The notes under the pieces are model-generated. The model was not told where the DNA came from. It saw only the letters and a program-made list of their open reading frames with translations, and did no database searches. This document shows, piece after piece, positions 17,013-26,750 of a stretch of 64,000 bases of DNA; the stretch's first letter is position 1; every line of letters starts with the position of its first letter. The DNA lies in NCBI GenBank assembly GCA_009692185.1, contig SHZT01000008.1, positions 35,910-99,909 of the forward strand. The letters run 5' to 3'. The position numbers and the translations under genes were made by a program. Source of the DNA: Gemmatimonadota bacterium (GTDB lineage Bacteria; Gemmatimonadota; Gemmatimonadetes; Gemmatimonadales; GWC2-71-9).

Positions 17013-17720
17013 TCAGAACTTTATCTGCAGGCCGAACCCGAATACGGGCCAGTACTTCAGGTACTTCTTGCTGTTGGCGTCCGCCTGGATCTGGGTCTTC
17101 TCCGCGGTCACCTGCGTCTGGAACGCCGTCACCACGGCCGCCGGAGCAGAGGCGGTGGTGGTGCCGGTTTAGGTGATGGCAAAGTCCCCAGTGGCCATTG
17201 CGCCCATCTCCATGACGAACCCGATCCGGCCCCGGCCGCCGATGCCGAGCCCGATGTAGGGCGCGACCGACTTCGCATACCCGATGGTGCCGCTGATCGT
17301 GCCGATATCGCTAGCCTGGAACGTCTGGCTCCCGATAATGATCGGCGTGGTTGGGTCGAGCGAGAGGGTCGCCCTGGTTCTTGTTGATCACGAGACCGCC
17401 CGAAAGGCGGAGAGGGCCGAGGAGGTACAGGTCTCCCAGCACGGTCACGGTCTGGAGCTTGAGCGACACATTGTAATCGATGTCCGAGAAGTTGAAGCTT
17501 TGGGCGCGGGTGAAGCCGTTGATGCCTACGCGCAGGCCCAGCCGGGAACCGACGACCTTGCCGATCTCCGCGCCCAGGCCTAGCGTGGTGGCCTTCACGC
17601 CGATCGTGATCCCGAGGCTCGGCGGGCCGGGAACCCCGGGCACCTGCGCGGCGAGCGGAGCCGTCGCGGCGCTGATCATGCCCAACGCGATCATCCCACC
17701 AACAAGATTCTTCCGTGTCA
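17013..17720 (-). pseudogene. small outer-membrane beta-barrel protein gene with a frameshift and an in-frame TAA
   Basis: MTRKNLVGGMIALGMISAATAPLAAQ...LRLSGGLVINKNQ, frame change near 17365-17387, then ATLSLDPTTPIIIGSQTFQASDIGTISGTIGYAKSVAPYIGLGIGG...GDFAIT, TAA (17169-17171), then TGTTTT...KYLKYWPVFGFGLQIKF* (terminal-Phe OMP signature). Confidence 0.7.
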
Positions 17721-17848
17721 TTGTTTTCGTCCTTGAGGTGTGGTCTAACCGTTCGACTGCGGCGACGGCACAATGGTAACGGACGCGGGCGACGCACGCC
17801 ACGCGGGGTGTGGCGCCCTGTGAGCAGGATCACCAACCCACGTGAAAA

Positions 17849-17869
17849 GGCCGGGCGACAGGCCCGGCC
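17849..17869 (-). terminator. rho-independent terminator after the zinc-ribbon gene
   Basis: GGCCGGGC - GACAG - GCCCGGCC. On the minus strand it is followed by TTTTCAC. Confidence 0.7.
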
Positions 17870-17893
17870 TCCCCTCGGAGCACCAGCGTTGCG

Positions 17894-18136
17894 TTACGCC
17901 GCGCGTTTGCGCGGCTGAGTCGGCTGGTCGGTGTCCCGGTACGCCCGTGACTCGGCGATGGCGATGGCCTCTTCCAGCGCCACTGCTGCCTCGAGCGTAA
18001 TGCGAGGGCGTGGCGTGTAAAGGCAACTTGCACAGAACGGGCCGTCTGCGTCTTCCGTCAGCACGCCCAGATTGCAGGCCGGACAACGGGCGCCCGGCGG
18101 GAGTGATGTGCGAGTACGTCTCTTTGACCGTTTCAT
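17894..18136 (-). CDS. small zinc-ribbon protein (hypothetical)
   Basis: ATG 18136 lies 6 nt after GGAGGTG. MKRSKRRTRTSLPPGARCPACNLG...GPFCASCLY (CPxC...CxxC). Confidence 0.55.
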   Translation of the reverse strand: MKRSKRRTRTSLPPGARCPACNLGVLTEDADGPFCASCLYTPRPRITLEAAVALEEAIAIAESRAYRDTDQPTQPRKRAA

Positions 18137-18164
18137 GGTTTCACCTCCACCACACAAATACGCT

Positions 18165-18314
18165 TCACGGGCCCCGGGGTTCCGCCCGGTCGGTTTCGTG
18201 ATGGTAACAGGTGAAGGGCTCCCGTGGTTCCAGGCTGTAACACGTTGGGAAAATAGTCTTGCGCAGCCCCGCGATGAGGGCCTTGATCGAAGGCGGGTGT
18301 GGGTTGATCGTCAC
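18165..18314 (-). CDS. possible 49-aa ORF translationally coupled to the DUF2339 gene
   Basis: Its GTG start overlaps the DUF2339 TGA stop (GTGA). VTINPHPPSIKALIAGLRKTIFPTCYSLEPREPFTCYHHETDRAEPRGP*. GC3 is roughly 75 percent. No known motif. Confidence 0.3.
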   Translation of the reverse strand: MTINPHPPSIKALIAGLRKTIFPTCYSLEPREPFTCYHHETDRAEPRGP

Positions 18315-20239
18315 GTCTGCCCCGTGGTGCGTGCCCGGCGGTGGTAGAGATACGCGACGAGGAGCGACACGGTTCCGAGAATGAATATCGATCCGACGCG
18401 GTAGAGGGCATCGAGGCTCGAGAGATCCACCAGGAGGACTTTGGCGATAGCGAGCCCCGCGACGCCGAGGCCGGCAATGCGCGCCTGCTTGATGTTTCGC
18501 CGAAAGCCCAGGAGTACCAAGCCGCCCGCATAGACGGCCCACCACGCACTGATGGCGAGGCCGCTCCAGAGTTGGACCTCGAACAAGGCCCATCCGCGCT
18601 GTCCGAAGTATCGATTCAATTCGGCGGTGACGCCTATCAGGAGGAGGCCGCCGCTCGTGCTCCACAGGATGGACGGCATCATCGGCGCCCAGTGATTGCG
18701 CGCGCTTACCCAGCTATCGGTGAACGTGCGCGGCGGTTTGCCTTTCCGTTCGGACGCAGCTGTCCGGGACTCACCCGGCAGGCGCATCCACAACCCGCTG
18801 GCCAGGACGCCGGGAACGATGATGCAGAACCAGAGCGCGCCGGCCCATCCGTCCACGAACGCGGGGCCGCTTCCGCGGTCGACCAGCGTGCGGGCCAGGC
18901 TCCAGATGGCGAGGCCCAGCGTGCCCACCGCGTACCACCGTCCGTCGATGCGCGCCAGCCAGTGGTCGAGCCCTGCCCAGACCAAAGAAAGCCCGAGCAG
19001 AACGAAGACACCTTCGTGTCTTGGCCATTGGAGCATCGTGGCGAACGCCATGGCGGCGGCGCCGGCCAGGGCGAACGGATAGCGGGGCTTCTGGTAACCG
19101 GCAGCGAGATACGCGAGCCCCACGATGAACGGTGCGGCGGCGAGGTGCGCGTTGAACCACCGCGGCGCAATGGTGGAGATGGCCCATCCCAGGAGGATGG
19201 GCGTGACGTAGAACGGCACCGATTCGCCCACGGACCACGCGGCCTCGGATTCGCCCGTGACGCGGGGGTCAGGCCAGATGCGCGAGGTGCGCATCGCGTG
19301 CCACCACATGGGCGCCGTGAGCAGCACGCCAACGACGGGAACGAGCGGCGATGCGTATACCCGCACGCTCATCGCCAGCAGGCCCCAGCCGCCGAAGAAC
19401 GACAGCACCCGCGTTTCGGTCCAGCGCTCCCGCAGGCCGACCATGATCCCGGCCGCACCCATGGCCGCGAACAGGCATACGCGCCATGGCACGGCGCCTG
19501 ATCCCGCCGCCACGAGGCCAAGCCCGAAGAACGCTGCGGCGACCAGGAGCGTTGCCAGTCGCCACCGCTTGACGACGTTGGCCGCGCCCAGCGTCGAGCC
19601 GACGATCGCCAGGTACAAGAGCAGCGTGTTCGGGTTTCCGCGGGAGCCCATCACGACGGGCGCGAGGAAGGCACCCACGGCGGCCGCCGCCGCCAGCGCC
19701 TCCTCGTCGAGAATGAACGCCACCACGGCGAGCGCGAACGAGACCAGCGTCAGCGCGGTGAGGTCCTGGCCCTGGGGCACGAGTTGATAAATGCCGGCAG
19801 CCGCCCAGATGGCCAGGTAGATGATGCCGAACCCAAGGCCGATCACTGCCGCGCCGTACTGGCGGTACCTGGGGTGTAGCCGCCAGCCGATGGCCGCGCC
19901 GGTTGCACCGAGGACCACGCCGCCGATGCAGCGCATCGCCGGAGAAATCCAGCCGCGGTCGAACGCGACCTTCAGGAAAAAACCGACGGCGAGGATGATA
20001 AGGATGACGGCAGCCGCGAGGATGCCCCGCTGGCCGACCCACTCTTCCGTGCTCAACGCGGGTGGCGCGGGCGGTGTGGGCGCGGGCGGCGGTCCAATGG
20101 GCGCAGCCGGTGGGCGGGCCGGGCGCTCCGGTGCGGCGATGCGCGGAGGTTCCGCAGCCCGGGGTGCCCGATCGGGCACAAGCACTGCCCCTTCCACGCG
20201 CCGTTCGAGGGCGGCAAGGCGGCGTTCGAGATCGGCCAA
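18311..20239 (-). CDS. DUF2339-like polytopic membrane protein
   Basis: N-terminal coiled segment ADLERRLAALERRVE, Pro-rich linker, then ILAVGFFLKVAFDRGWISPAMR and about 18 predicted TM helices. TTG start. Confidence 0.65.
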   Translation of the reverse strand: MADLERRLAALERRVEGAVLVPDRAPRAAEPPRIAAPERPARPPAAPIGPPPAPTPPAPPALSTEEWVGQRGILAAAVILIILAVGFFLKVAFDRGWISPAMRCIGGVVLGATGAAIGWRLHPRYRQYGAAVIGLGFGIIYLAIWAAAGIYQLVPQGQDLTALTLVSFALAVVAFILDEEALAAAAAVGAFLAPVVMGSRGNPNTLLLYLAIVGSTLGAANVVKRWRLATLLVAAAFFGLGLVAAGSGAVPWRVCLFAAMGAAGIMVGLRERWTETRVLSFFGGWGLLAMSVRVYASPLVPVVGVLLTAPMWWHAMRTSRIWPDPRVTGESEAAWSVGESVPFYVTPILLGWAISTIAPRWFNAHLAAAPFIVGLAYLAAGYQKPRYPFALAGAAAMAFATMLQWPRHEGVFVLLGLSLVWAGLDHWLARIDGRWYAVGTLGLAIWSLARTLVDRGSGPAFVDGWAGALWFCIIVPGVLASGLWMRLPGESRTAASERKGKPPRTFTDSWVSARNHWAPMMPSILWSTSGGLLLIGVTAELNRYFGQRGWALFEVQLWSGLAISAWWAVYAGGLVLLGFRRNIKQARIAGLGVAGLAIAKVLLVDLSSLDALYRVGSIFILGTVSLLVAYLYHRRARTTGQT

Positions 20240-20316
20240 ACGATCTTCGGGTTCCGTGGATCCTCGCTCGGAGAGCCGGACCAGAATGTGCTACCCGGGC
20301 TGCGTCGAGTCCAGCC

Positions 20317-20346
20317 TTGACGGGCCAAACGCCAGAGGGGTATATG
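20317..20346 (+). promoter_or_regulatory. candidate sigma-70-type promoter of LVIVD-2
   Basis: TTGACG - 18 nt - TATATG, 39 nt upstream of ATG 20385. Confidence 0.35.
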
Positions 20347-20384
20347 CCGGGGGTTCGGCATCGGTCTCCCTACCCGGAGGATTC

Positions 20385-21746
20385 ATGAAACGTGCCCCAT
20401 GGCTGTCCGCGGTCGTTTGTGTCCTGGTGACGGGACCCCTTTGGGCCCAGGGACGCGTGCCCGACGCGCCGATCGCGAAGACCGGTGGAAGCCCCAACAT
20501 CAAGATGCTGGGTCACCTCCCGATGGACGGCTACTTCTCCATCGGCGGGGTGGACGTCGAGCAGGAGTTGTCGCGCCCGTATGTCTACATCTCGGGCATG
20601 AACGACAAGGCCGGGTTCACGATTGTCCGGGTGTCGGACCCGTCCAAGCCATCGGTCGTCTATCAGTGGCAGTATCCGATGCAGGAGAAGGACGGTGGCC
20701 TGGGTGGTGAGAACGGCCGCTACTTCAAGCTGAACGGGCGGTACTACTACGCGAAGACGGTCCAGTTCAACGCGTCGAGCCCGAGCGACTCGCTCGGTCT
20801 CATCATCTTCGACGTCACCGGGCTCCCCAACCCGGCGACGGTGAAGCAGGTCGCCCACATCGGCCGGTTCGGCGCGCGGGTCGTCCATGTGTTCCCGTAC
20901 AAGCACTCCGACGGCCGACTCCTCCTGATCACCACGCCGACGGTGGGTACGTTCGCCCAGATCTTCGACGCGGCGAAGCTCATAGCGGGGGCGCCGGCCG
21001 AGGAGGCGTTCATCGGCAAGGTCGGGATACCCGAAGAGGTGAATCTCAAGACGTTCGGGCGGGCGTATCACGACTCATATGCGGCCTACGACCCGGTGAC
21101 CCGGCAGGACAAGTTCTACGGCGCCGGCACCGGTGGATTTCACGTATACGACATCACCCGGCCCCAGGATGCCAAACACCTCTTCACCATGACGGGAGGC
21201 GGCGGCGTCATCGCCGGCGGCCATACCGTCATCGCGAGCCCCGACGGCCGCTATGCGGTCGGCACCACCGAGCGGCAGTACTGGCCGGTGTTCGTGTGGG
21301 ACCTCAAGGACGCCGTCGAGGGAAAGACCCGGATGGTTTCGTCGCCGGCGGGCGCGTGGACTGCCGATTGGCGTGATGCCGCGCATATCGTGGAACTGCG
21401 GTGGCCGTACGCATTCGTAGCGTCGTTCGAAGACGGTCTCCAGGTGTTCAACCTGTTCAACCCGAAGGAACCGAAGTCCGAGGGCTGGTACTACACGTGC
21501 CGGTGCGCGCACCAGGCAGGCTGGGCCGGGTCGGTGACGAATCCGGGCACGTCGGTATTGAACGGTGCGGCTGACGTGGATGTGCGAAACGCAGATGGCC
21601 TGATCGTGATGACCGACTACTCCAGTGGCCTGTGGCTTTTTCACCTCGAGGGGTTCGACGGCTGGAATGGCAAGCAGTGGCGCCAGCCCAACATCTCCAC
21701 GGAGCAGGACTGGGACCGCGGACCGCCGACGACACCGATACCCTGA
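20385..21746 (+). CDS. secreted LVIVD-repeat beta-propeller protein, paralogue 2
   Basis: GGAGG RBS. MKRAPWLSAVVCVLVTGPLWAQ. Motifs: EQELSRPYVYI, DVTGLPNP, YKHSDGRLLL, HTVIASPDGRYA, LRWPYAFV, FEDGLQVFNLFNP, DVRNADGLIVMTD, EGFDGWNGKQWRQPNISTEQDWDRGP. The track ORF from 19821 is an antisense extension. Confidence 0.85.
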   Translation: MKRAPWLSAVVCVLVTGPLWAQGRVPDAPIAKTGGSPNIKMLGHLPMDGYFSIGGVDVEQELSRPYVYISGMNDKAGFTIVRVSDPSKPSVVYQWQYPMQEKDGGLGGENGRYFKLNGRYYYAKTVQFNASSPSDSLGLIIFDVTGLPNPATVKQVAHIGRFGARVVHVFPYKHSDGRLLLITTPTVGTFAQIFDAAKLIAGAPAEEAFIGKVGIPEEVNLKTFGRAYHDSYAAYDPVTRQDKFYGAGTGGFHVYDITRPQDAKHLFTMTGGGGVIAGGHTVIASPDGRYAVGTTERQYWPVFVWDLKDAVEGKTRMVSSPAGAWTADWRDAAHIVELRWPYAFVASFEDGLQVFNLFNPKEPKSEGWYYTCRCAHQAGWAGSVTNPGTSVLNGAADVDVRNADGLIVMTDYSSGLWLFHLEGFDGWNGKQWRQPNISTEQDWDRGPPTTPIP

Positions 21747-21799
21747 CGGCCGGGCGGCGTTAGATTCGCGGGTCTCGCAATCGGACCTGAGGTTTCACA

Positions 21800-24478
21800 A
21801 TGCACCCGCGGCCGTTCTCGTTGCTCCTTCTGATCCTTTGCGCCGCGCCCGCGTCATCGGCGATGGCGCAGCGGGCGCCGTCTCCTGGCGCCGGCAAGGT
21901 GGCCCACGCGACTCGCCTCTCCGGCGCCGCCCCCGAGATCGACGGGCGGTTGGGCGACGCTGCGTGGAGCGAAGCACAGGCCATCAGCGATTTCATCCAG
22001 AAGGAGCCGAACGAGGGCACGACGCCTTCGGAGCGCACCGAGGTGCGCCTCTTGTACGACGACGACGCCCTGTACGTCGGCGCGCGCATGTTCCACGCCG
22101 ACCCACGGGCAATCCGCCGCGACGTCACGCGGCGGGATGGTGAGAGCAACGCGGAACAGCTGATGGTGTCACTCGACACGTACCTCGACCGCCGGACCGG
22201 GTACAGCTTCGCGGTGTCGTCCGGCGGTGTGCGCCGGGACGTCTACCATTCCCAGGATTCTGAAGGCGGGGAGGCCCAGTTTGACCCGGTATGGGTCGCG
22301 CGGGTCCACCTCGACTCGGCAGGGTGGTCCGCCGAGATGCGCATTCCGTTCTCCCAGCTCCGGTTCAGCGCAAAGGCCGACCAGGTCTGGGGTCTCGAGA
22401 TCAAGCGGGCTATTCCCGAAAGAAACGAGACGATTTACTGGGTCCTCATCCCGAAGGCCGCCACCGGCTACCCGTCCCAGTTCGGCACCCTTCGCGGCGT
22501 GTCGGGCATTCGCCCGTCACGCAGGCTGGAACTGCTCCCGTACTCGGCCGGAGACCTGACGTTTCGCGCGAACCAGGATCCGCTCAACCCGTTCAATGAC
22601 AGGACCAGGGGCCGGGTGGGCGGAGACCTCAAGGTCGGGCTCGGGCCAAACATGACCCTGGATGCGACAGTGAACCCGGACTTCGGGCAGGTCGAAGCCG
22701 ACCCCGCAGTGGTGAACCTCACGGCCTTCGAGACCGTGTTCGACGAACGGCGCCCCTTCTTCACCGAGGGCAACGAACTCCTCGTCGGTCGCGGCCTGTC
22801 ATTCCTCGGCCGTCCGACGTACCTCTACAGCCGCCGGGTCGGCGCGCCGCCCCATGGCACGGTTGGCGGCGACTTCACCAGCGTCCCGGGCAGCACGACG
22901 ATCCTGGGCGCCACCAAGGTGACGGGGCGCCTCGCATCGGGCCTGTCCATCGGGGCGCTCGCCGCCGTCACGCCGCGGGAGAACGCCCGCGGGTACAACA
23001 CCGCCCTGAATCAGTTCACTACGGTCGAAGTCGAGCCGCCGAGCGGCTACGGGGTTGTCCGTCTCCAGCAGGAATTCGGGAGGGAGAAGTCCACCGTCGG
23101 TGGGACCGTGACCGGAGTGAACCGGTCCTTCGGCAGTGGGCCAATGAACGTCATCCTGGCCGGGCGGGCGATTTCCGGCGGGGGAGACTGGCGGTTCCGG
23201 TTCAACCGCGGCAAGTACGAATTCACCGGGTTCGCGGGGTTCAGTCGCATCGAGGGGGACACGGCAGCCCTTCGCCGCGTCCAGCGCACGAGCGCGCACT
23301 ACTTCCAGCGGCCCGACCAGCCCCATCTCCGTTACGACCCGACGCGCACGTCGTTGTCCGGCTACACGATGTCCGCGCGCGGCGACAAGAACGCCGGGCG
23401 ATTTACCGTCTGGGGCATCTCGGCCCAGGTGCGCTCACCGGGCTTCGAGATCAACGACCTCGGGCAGATGCGCCGTGCCGACCAGGTCGTGTTCGGCGGC
23501 GACTTCCAGCTCCGCGACACCAAGCCGCACAAGAGGCTCCGGTACTGGCAGGTCGGGCACAATTTCAGTCAGAGCTTCAACTTCGGCTGGAAGCGTCAGC
23601 CGCTGAGCGTGAGCCAGAACATCCAGTTGATCTTCCCCAATTTCTGGAGGTTCACGTACCGGACCTCAATCACCATCCGGGCGGTGTCGGACGAGCTCAC
23701 TCGTGGCGGACCCTTGATGGGCACCCCTCGGCTGTGGGGTGGACAGAGCACGCTCAACGGCCGCGACGGCGGGGGCTACACCTGGAACGGCCGGGTCACG
23801 TGGGGCTGGGATGAACTGGGTGCCTGGAACTATGAGGTGAGCGCGGGACTCACGCTCCGGTTGAAGCCTCGCTGGCAGGCGACGATCACGCCGCGGTACA
23901 ACCAGTCGGTGGATCGCCGCCAGTACGTCACGACGCTGGGTGGTGGCCCGGCGGTCACCTACAATTCGCGGTACGTGTTTGCCGCCATCGAGCGGAGCAC
24001 CATCGCGGCACAGGTCCGGATCAACTACGCATTCACGCCCGACCTGACGCTCGAGGCCTACGCGGAGCCGTTCGCGGCCAGCGGCCGGTATTATGACTTC
24101 GGTGAACTGAGCGCGCCGCAAAGCCGGAATCTCCTGTACTACGGCGGCAGTACCAGTCCGTCGGACCCGGGGGTGACCGCGGCCGGAACGACCATTTCGC
24201 GCAACGCGGCCAATGGCTACGTCGCCACGACGGGAGGGGCGCCGTTCACGGTCGTGGCAACCGACCCGGACTTCAATCGCCTGTCGTTCCGGTCGAACAT
24301 CGTCCTCAGGTGGGAGTGGGCGCGCGGGAGCACGTTCTTCCTGATCTGGCAGCAGAACCGGCGGGCCTCGGTGGCGATCGGTGACCGCGTGCGGCCGGGG
24401 TCGCTGTGGGACGCCACGACCGCCGCGGGCGACAACTTCCTCGCCGTCAAGATCACGTACTGGATCGCGGCGCGGTGA
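21800..24478 (+). CDS. DUF5916 / carbohydrate-binding-family-9-like outer-membrane protein
   Basis: Signal peptide, then APEIDGRLGDAAWSEAQAISDFIQKEPNEG...LLYDDDALYVGARMF (CBM9-like N-domain). Long beta-rich body ending ...KITYWIAAR. Confidence 0.75.
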   Translation: MHPRPFSLLLLILCAAPASSAMAQRAPSPGAGKVAHATRLSGAAPEIDGRLGDAAWSEAQAISDFIQKEPNEGTTPSERTEVRLLYDDDALYVGARMFHADPRAIRRDVTRRDGESNAEQLMVSLDTYLDRRTGYSFAVSSGGVRRDVYHSQDSEGGEAQFDPVWVARVHLDSAGWSAEMRIPFSQLRFSAKADQVWGLEIKRAIPERNETIYWVLIPKAATGYPSQFGTLRGVSGIRPSRRLELLPYSAGDLTFRANQDPLNPFNDRTRGRVGGDLKVGLGPNMTLDATVNPDFGQVEADPAVVNLTAFETVFDERRPFFTEGNELLVGRGLSFLGRPTYLYSRRVGAPPHGTVGGDFTSVPGSTTILGATKVTGRLASGLSIGALAAVTPRENARGYNTALNQFTTVEVEPPSGYGVVRLQQEFGREKSTVGGTVTGVNRSFGSGPMNVILAGRAISGGGDWRFRFNRGKYEFTGFAGFSRIEGDTAALRRVQRTSAHYFQRPDQPHLRYDPTRTSLSGYTMSARGDKNAGRFTVWGISAQVRSPGFEINDLGQMRRADQVVFGGDFQLRDTKPHKRLRYWQVGHNFSQSFNFGWKRQPLSVSQNIQLIFPNFWRFTYRTSITIRAVSDELTRGGPLMGTPRLWGGQSTLNGRDGGGYTWNGRVTWGWDELGAWNYEVSAGLTLRLKPRWQATITPRYNQSVDRRQYVTTLGGGPAVTYNSRYVFAAIERSTIAAQVRINYAFTPDLTLEAYAEPFAASGRYYDFGELSAPQSRNLLYYGGSTSPSDPGVTAAGTTISRNAANGYVATTGGAPFTVVATDPDFNRLSFRSNIVLRWEWARGSTFFLIWQQNRRASVAIGDRVRPGSLWDATTAAGDNFLAVKITYWIAAR

Positions 24479-24494
24479 CCCTCTGAACAAAACG

Positions 24495-24519
24495 CGCGGG
24501 GGCTTTTTCGGCCCCCGCG
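24495..24519. terminator. bidirectional rho-independent terminator
   Basis: CGCGGGGGC - TTTTTCG - GCCCCCGCG, flanked by AAAA on the left and TTTCATTTT on the right. It lies between convergent genes. Confidence 0.75.
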
Positions 24520-24539
24520 TTTCATTTTCCCAGTCGGCT

Positions 24540-24989
24540 TCAGGTTTTCACGAGTGAGACTTTCCCCTGGATCTCGCCGCCGGGGTACTTCTCCGTGTGA
24601 ATGCTGACGTACGCTTTCCCCGCCCGCAGGTTCGCAAGGAACTCGTCAAACGAAATGTTCGACACGTCGCTTGCCGAGACCGTGCCGGTCCCGACGAAGC
24701 CGTTCGCATCGGGCGTGCCGACCGAGAGACCGACCACGACGGGCGCGGCCTTCGTGTTCATGTGTATGCAGGCGGCCACCACCCCCTTGATGGACCTGCC
24801 TTCGAGCCGGTACGTGAGCGTGCCGTTCGACACGAACATCGTCGCCACGCCAAGGCCATTCGTCGTCACGGGCGGCGTCGAACCGACCCCATTCAATGTC
24901 GCGGTGAACTGCTCGGTGCCCCGCTGGGCGAGACCCGGGACGGCGGTGACCAGCGCCAGCACGCCCCAGGTGAGTAACGATCGCTTCAT
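24540..24989 (-). CDS. secreted CHRD-domain protein
   Basis: Signal peptide MKRSLLTWGVLALVTAVPGLAQ. ...GVVAACIHMNTKAAPVVVGL...AYVSIHTEKYPGGEIQGKV. Confidence 0.65.
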   Translation of the reverse strand: MKRSLLTWGVLALVTAVPGLAQRGTEQFTATLNGVGSTPPVTTNGLGVATMFVSNGTLTYRLEGRSIKGVVAACIHMNTKAAPVVVGLSVGTPDANGFVGTGTVSASDVSNISFDEFLANLRAGKAYVSIHTEKYPGGEIQGKVSLVKT

Positions 24990-25119
24990 ATGGTAGCTCC
25001 CTCGTGAGGTGGGACATCCTTGTTCCGACGAGGAATCTTGCGCCCGGCGGTAAGAGGCATCGTGAGCGCGCCCCCAAGCTTGCTTCACGATCCGTTCCCG
25101 GCGCGTACATTTCGCCCCG

Positions 25120-26748
25120 ATGACCGCACCGACTCCACCCGACCCGGACATGCTCGCGCGGCTCGCGCGCGCTCTCGGCGACCAGTACGAGGTCCGCGGC
25201 CTCCTCGGCCGCGGCGGGTTCGCCGAGGTGTATGAGGTGTGGGACCGTTCGCTTGAGCGCCGGCTCGCGCTCAAGGTGCTCCGCCCCGATGTCGCGTGGA
25301 CGTCGGGCATGCTGGTGCGCTTCAAGCAGGAAGCGAAGGCGGTCGCCCAGCTCGCCCATTCCAACATTCTCCCCATTCATTTCGTCGGTGAGGCCGAGGG
25401 CATCGTGTACTACGCGATGCCGTTCGTCGAAGGCCAGTCCCTCGGCGACTTGTTGCGATCGGGCGGTGCGCTGTCGCCGGACAAGGCCCTGGCCATCGCC
25501 AAGCCGATCCTCGATGCCCTCCAGCACGCGCACGAGAAAGGACTCGTCCACCGCGACATCAAGCCGGACAACATCATGATTGACCGGTCGGGCGGCCGGC
25601 CGCTGCTCGTGGACTTCGGCATCGCCAAGCGGATGGAAGCCGGAAAGGGGCTCACCCAGACGGGTTTCGTGGTGGGCACGCCCCACTACATGAGCCCGGA
25701 ACAGGCGCTCGGCCAGGCCGACCTCGACGCCCGAAGCGACCTCTACGCGATGGGCGCGGTAATCTTCCAGATGGTCACGGGCGCGCCGCCCTTCGAGGGC
25801 GATACCTCGCAGGAGATCGTCGCCAAGCACATCACCCAGCCGCCGCCGCTCGCCACATCGGTCAACGGGAAGATCCCGCAGTGGCTGTCCGACGTGATCG
25901 TGAAGTGCATGGCCAAGAAGCCGAACGACCGCTTCCAGTCCGCGGGGGATGTATCGCGGGCGCTGTCGGTGGGGCGCATGTCCGGCCCGCAGGAGGCCGT
26001 GAGCGCCCAGCGGGTCGCGGCCGCCGTCCAGTCCAACGACCGCACGGCGATCGTGCCAAGCGGCCAGCGGCCGGTGCGTTCGTCGGCGGTCACGACCCCG
26101 ATGCCCAGGGCATCCGCGGAGCTGACCCGGCCCGCCGTACCGAGGTCCGTGTGGGCCAGCCTGGGAATTCCAATACTAGTCCTGCTGGTGGTGGGCGGAG
26201 TCGCGGCCTACCTCATGCTCAGGCGGCCCGAACTGGTGATCCAGAACCACCTCGTGGAGCCCATCCGCGTGAGCGTCGGCGATGCCGCGGAACGAACGCT
26301 GGATCCCGGCGCGGAAATGAGCGTCAAGCCGGGGAAGGGCGAAGGCGCGCACTGGCGGCTGGTGCGTCCGGTCACGCCGCAGGGCGCCGCCATGGGAATG
26401 GAGCTGTCAGGAGTCCTGATTCCGCAGGGACGGGGAGCGGTGCGCCGCTCGATCGAAGCGCAGACGAGCGGCGCCGCGTCGTTCAGCCCGCTCATCACCA
26501 ACGCGACCGACCGTCCGCTGACCATCATGGTCAATGCCGGACTGCAGGGCTCCTCGTCGTGCAGCTGTACCATCCCACCAGGGGCGACGCGCATGCGCAT
26601 CGGCTACTACCAGCTGTTTCAGAACAGCACGGTCCGCGCGGAGGGCGACGCAGGCCGCAAGGCGACGTTTGCGGACCTGGGAACTCAGGTGGATCCGGTG
26701 ACTGGGCTGGTGGGGCTCCGGTTTGAGACGAAAGATCTCCGGCGATAG
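25120..26748 (+). CDS. serine/threonine protein kinase with one TM and an uncharacterised extracytoplasmic C-domain
   Basis: GRGGFAEVY, LALKVL, HRDIKPDNIMI, DFGIAK, GTPHYMSPEQ. TM segment VWASLGIPILVLLVVGGVAAYLML. Confidence 0.9.
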   Translation: MTAPTPPDPDMLARLARALGDQYEVRGLLGRGGFAEVYEVWDRSLERRLALKVLRPDVAWTSGMLVRFKQEAKAVAQLAHSNILPIHFVGEAEGIVYYAMPFVEGQSLGDLLRSGGALSPDKALAIAKPILDALQHAHEKGLVHRDIKPDNIMIDRSGGRPLLVDFGIAKRMEAGKGLTQTGFVVGTPHYMSPEQALGQADLDARSDLYAMGAVIFQMVTGAPPFEGDTSQEIVAKHITQPPPLATSVNGKIPQWLSDVIVKCMAKKPNDRFQSAGDVSRALSVGRMSGPQEAVSAQRVAAAVQSNDRTAIVPSGQRPVRSSAVTTPMPRASAELTRPAVPRSVWASLGIPILVLLVVGGVAAYLMLRRPELVIQNHLVEPIRVSVGDAAERTLDPGAEMSVKPGKGEGAHWRLVRPVTPQGAAMGMELSGVLIPQGRGAVRRSIEAQTSGAASFSPLITNATDRPLTIMVNAGLQGSSSCSCTIPPGATRMRIGYYQLFQNSTVRAEGDAGRKATFADLGTQVDPVTGLVGLRFETKDLRR

Positions 26749-26750
26749 CA

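Noticed and set aside
17169-17171. In-frame TAA in the OMP gene as programmed read-through or recoding
   Set aside because: TAA is not a selenocysteine or pyrrolysine codon. No recoding signal is visible, and the same gene also carries a frameshift. A pseudogene is the simpler explanation.
19821-20384. N-terminal 188-aa extension of the LVIVD-2 ORF in the track
   Set aside because: The extension is antisense to the DUF2339 gene and is Arg/Ala/Gly-rich. A GGAGG RBS and a clean signal peptide occur at ATG 20385.
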